Shown piece after piece: positions 62,115 to 64,000 of a stretch of 64,000 nt of DNA (position 1 is the stretch's first letter; each line of letters starts with the position of its first letter). The translations under genes were made by a program, and so were the position numbers. This DNA comes from Thermoplasmata archaeon (GTDB lineage Archaea > Thermoplasmatota > Thermoplasmata > Thermoplasmatales > GCA-001856825), in assembly GCA_023256475.1 (NCBI GenBank), contig JAGDXP010000002.1, positions 109,747 to 173,746 on the forward strand, given 5' to 3'. The notes under the pieces are model-generated. The model ran no database searches and was not told the origin of the DNA. It worked only from the letters and a program-made list of their open reading frames with translations.

Positions 62115-63398
62115 GTGAAAAATTCATTCATCTCAATGGCCCAGTCATACGATTACATAATTGTTGGTGCAGGCGTTTTAGGCCTCTCAGTTGCTAATTA
62201 CCTATCAAAAAAGGGGAATTTTAAAATTCTGGTCTTGGAGAAACATGGATCCATAGCGCAGGGTAATACCAGTAAAAGTGCAGCAGGTTTCAGGGACCTA
62301 TTTACAAGTGAACTGAACATTAAAGTTAGCAAATCCTCAATTGCATATTATGAATATGTTCATAATAATTTAAAGAATTTAGGTCTAGAGAAGATAGGGT
62401 ATTTAATATTGGAGGACGAGGAAGCGGTTAAGAGGCATGACAAAATTATTCCAAAATTGAAATCCCATACAGGGGTTGATTTGGTGGACGAATCAGACTT
62501 AAAAGAAATAGGTTTGAATACAAACCCGTCCGATGATGAGGCTAAAATGATGGAGCTTCCTCATGTTGTCCGAGGTATTTTTGGGAGGAATTGCGGCATC
62601 ATGGATCCTGAATTGATTGCACAGCACTATTATGAAGAGGCGGTTAAGCAGGGAGTAGAATTTAAATTCAATGTAGAAGTCAATAAACTAATAATAAAGG
62701 GTTACCCAGAACTCGGAATTGAAGGAGAGCCGTTTACTTGGCAAGATGTTAAGGTGACAGGAGTTAAAGCTAATGACTTAGAGGTCGAGGGAAATGTCAT
62801 ACTTGCAAATGATGTGTGGGTTAACAGGTTGGCTAGGCCTGCAGGAGTAGAAAGTTTCGTGAGCCCCAAAAAGAGACAAATATTCCAGCTCAAGGGGGAT
62901 CAGATTTCAAAATTTTTTAGGAAAAATAAGTTCAACAATTATTCAGGAATACCATTTACATTCTTACCTATGGTTGAATTTTATGTGAGACCTTCTTTTA
63001 CTGAAAATTCAATATGGGTAGGTGGATCAGATGAGTTAAATAGACCCATAGAAGTAGAGGACGATCCACTTCCAGAGAGAGAATATTTTGAATACAATCT
63101 TGCTCCAATTCTTAGGCAATATTTCGGTGTAAATAATTTCGAGCTTTCGGGAATGTGGGCCGGACAGTATTCAATGAATTACATCGATCTGCAACCAATA
63201 ATTTTTGGCGATAATGGAATTTACATCGTATCTGGATCTTCCGGGAGCGGGATTATGAAGGCAGATGCTATCGGTAGAATTGCTTCATCATTGATCACAG
63301 GTGAAAAGATAACTGAATTGTATGGTGGAGAATATATAAGAAGTGATGCTCTGACAATAGAGAATAGAGATCATGAAAAGGAAGAGTTCATATTTTAA
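62115..63398 (+). CDS. FAD-dependent oxidoreductase (DAO/glycine-oxidase-like family)
   Basis: 427 aa. Dinucleotide-binding motif YDYIIVGAGVLGLSVA. The start could be ATG 62136 rather than GTG 62115. Confidence 0.75.
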   Translation: MKNSFISMAQSYDYIIVGAGVLGLSVANYLSKKGNFKILVLEKHGSIAQGNTSKSAAGFRDLFTSELNIKVSKSSIAYYEYVHNNLKNLGLEKIGYLILEDEEAVKRHDKIIPKLKSHTGVDLVDESDLKEIGLNTNPSDDEAKMMELPHVVRGIFGRNCGIMDPELIAQHYYEEAVKQGVEFKFNVEVNKLIIKGYPELGIEGEPFTWQDVKVTGVKANDLEVEGNVILANDVWVNRLARPAGVESFVSPKKRQIFQLKGDQISKFFRKNKFNNYSGIPFTFLPMVEFYVRPSFTENSIWVGGSDELNRPIEVEDDPLPEREYFEYNLAPILRQYFGVNNFELSGMWAGQYSMNYIDLQPIIFGDNGIYIVSGSSGSGIMKADAIGRIASSLITGEKITELYGGEYIRSDALTIENRDHEKEEFIF

Positions 63399-63443
63399 AT
63401 TTCTCAATCTCCATTTTTTTAATCGAAGTTTTCATTTTATTGA

Positions 63444-63734
63444 TTAGAGCTCTTCCATCCATTTAAACCATATAATTTCGAAATCCTTGCCCATGGATCC
63501 CTGTAATTGCCTCTCGCAGTTCAATATATGGTTCAACGATTTCTCAAGATATTCCCTGTATTTCAAAAGCTCAGAGTTGCTATATTGATAGAGGAGTTTC
63601 TTATAGGCATTTAGAATTCCTTCATAACTTTCGTTATATTCACAATAATCGTTTAGGCACTCACAAGTTTTAATATATTTTTTTAATAAAAAAATTATAT
63701 TGGAGATTAATAACTCCCTCGAATTTATCTCCAT
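63444..63734 (-). CDS. Hypothetical helical Cys-containing small protein
   Basis: 96 aa, ATG start, 6 nt downstream of the RNR gene on the same strand. No family recognised. Confidence 0.3.
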   Translation of the reverse strand: MEINSRELLISNIIFLLKKYIKTCECLNDYCEYNESYEGILNAYKKLLYQYSNSELLKYREYLEKSLNHILNCERQLQGSMGKDFEIIWFKWMEEL

Positions 63735-63740
63735 ATTGCC

Positions 63741-64000
63741 TCATTCGCATTTCGAATACCCACAGGTCCTGCAAGTTAAACATCCATTTTCATTTACCAG
63801 GGTATCATTACCACACTTTGGACAAGTCATGAGGTTGGGTTTCTTTTCCTCTTTTTCCTGGGGTACGCCAAAGAAGATGCCTTGTGTGAGAGTGGTTTGC
63901 GGAGAATAACCCTTCATGGCAAACTCAATGGCCTTGGCAACTCCATCAGGCACTGAAGTTATCTTGGCACCTTCAACAAAGGTTGTACTTTTTCCCTTTA
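63741..64000 (-). CDS. Ribonucleotide reductase (probably class II, B12-dependent), C-terminal fragment; 5' end outside window
   Basis: The frame is open to the window edge. The C-terminal tail CPKCGNDTLVNENGCLTCRTCGYSKCE resembles the Cys-rich zinc/thiol tail of archaeal NrdJ-type reductases. Assignment is from memory. Confidence 0.5.
   Translation of the reverse strand, partial: KGKSTTFVEGAKITSVPDGVAKAIEFAMKGYSPQTTLTQGIFFGVPQEKEEKKPNLMTCPKCGNDTLVNENGCLTCRTCGYSKCE

Overview
This is an AT-rich, very compact archaeal chromosomal segment, almost entirely core information-processing and housekeeping genes. All product calls come from motif and gene-order recognition by eye; no database search was run. 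The backbone consists of three conserved clusters. (1) L18e-L13-S9-RpoN followed directly by tRNA-Pro. (2) The RNA polymerase operon rpoH-rpoB(unsplit)-rpoA1-rpoA2-L30e-nusA on the minus strand. (3) A long minus-strand ribosomal cluster L3-L4-L23-L2-S19-L22-S3-L29-SUI1-Rpp29-S17-L14-L24-S4e-L5-S14-S8-L6-L32e-L19e-L18-S5-L30-L15-SecY-Adk-DUF106-Cmk-Cbf5. Between these lie four aminoacyl-tRNA synthetase genes (thrS, proS, pheS, cysS), a sufCBDSU operon with a divergent SufR-like regulator, and FBP aldolase/phosphatase. Also present are CoA genes (coaBC plus a pantoate-kinase-like gene), queE, pyrC, purM, a zinc-knuckle NAPRTase, an iron/cobalamin-type ABC importer, peroxiredoxin, a Na+/H+ antiporter and a partial class II RNR. 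An unsplit rpoB in euryarchaeal gene order, the low GC and the NAPRTase type suggest a Thermoplasmata-like, probably thermophilic archaeon; this is inference. No CRISPR array, transposase, integrase or obvious mobile element was seen. Two real genes fall below the ORF-track cutoff: eL40 at 42600-42731 and uS14 at 54392-54553. The most unusual locus is at 42.85-43.98 kb. It is a solo Cas4-family nuclease whose Fe-S and PD-(D/E)xK motifs are interrupted by a four-helix transmembrane block, preceded by and overlapping a 54-aa HicB/UPF0150-like ORF. Secondary oddities are a 4-Cys zinc-ribbon insertion in RpoB, a ~130-aa N-terminal extension on RpoA2, a two-helix N-terminal extension on SecY, and a ~640-bp non-coding gap upstream of rpoH containing hairpins.
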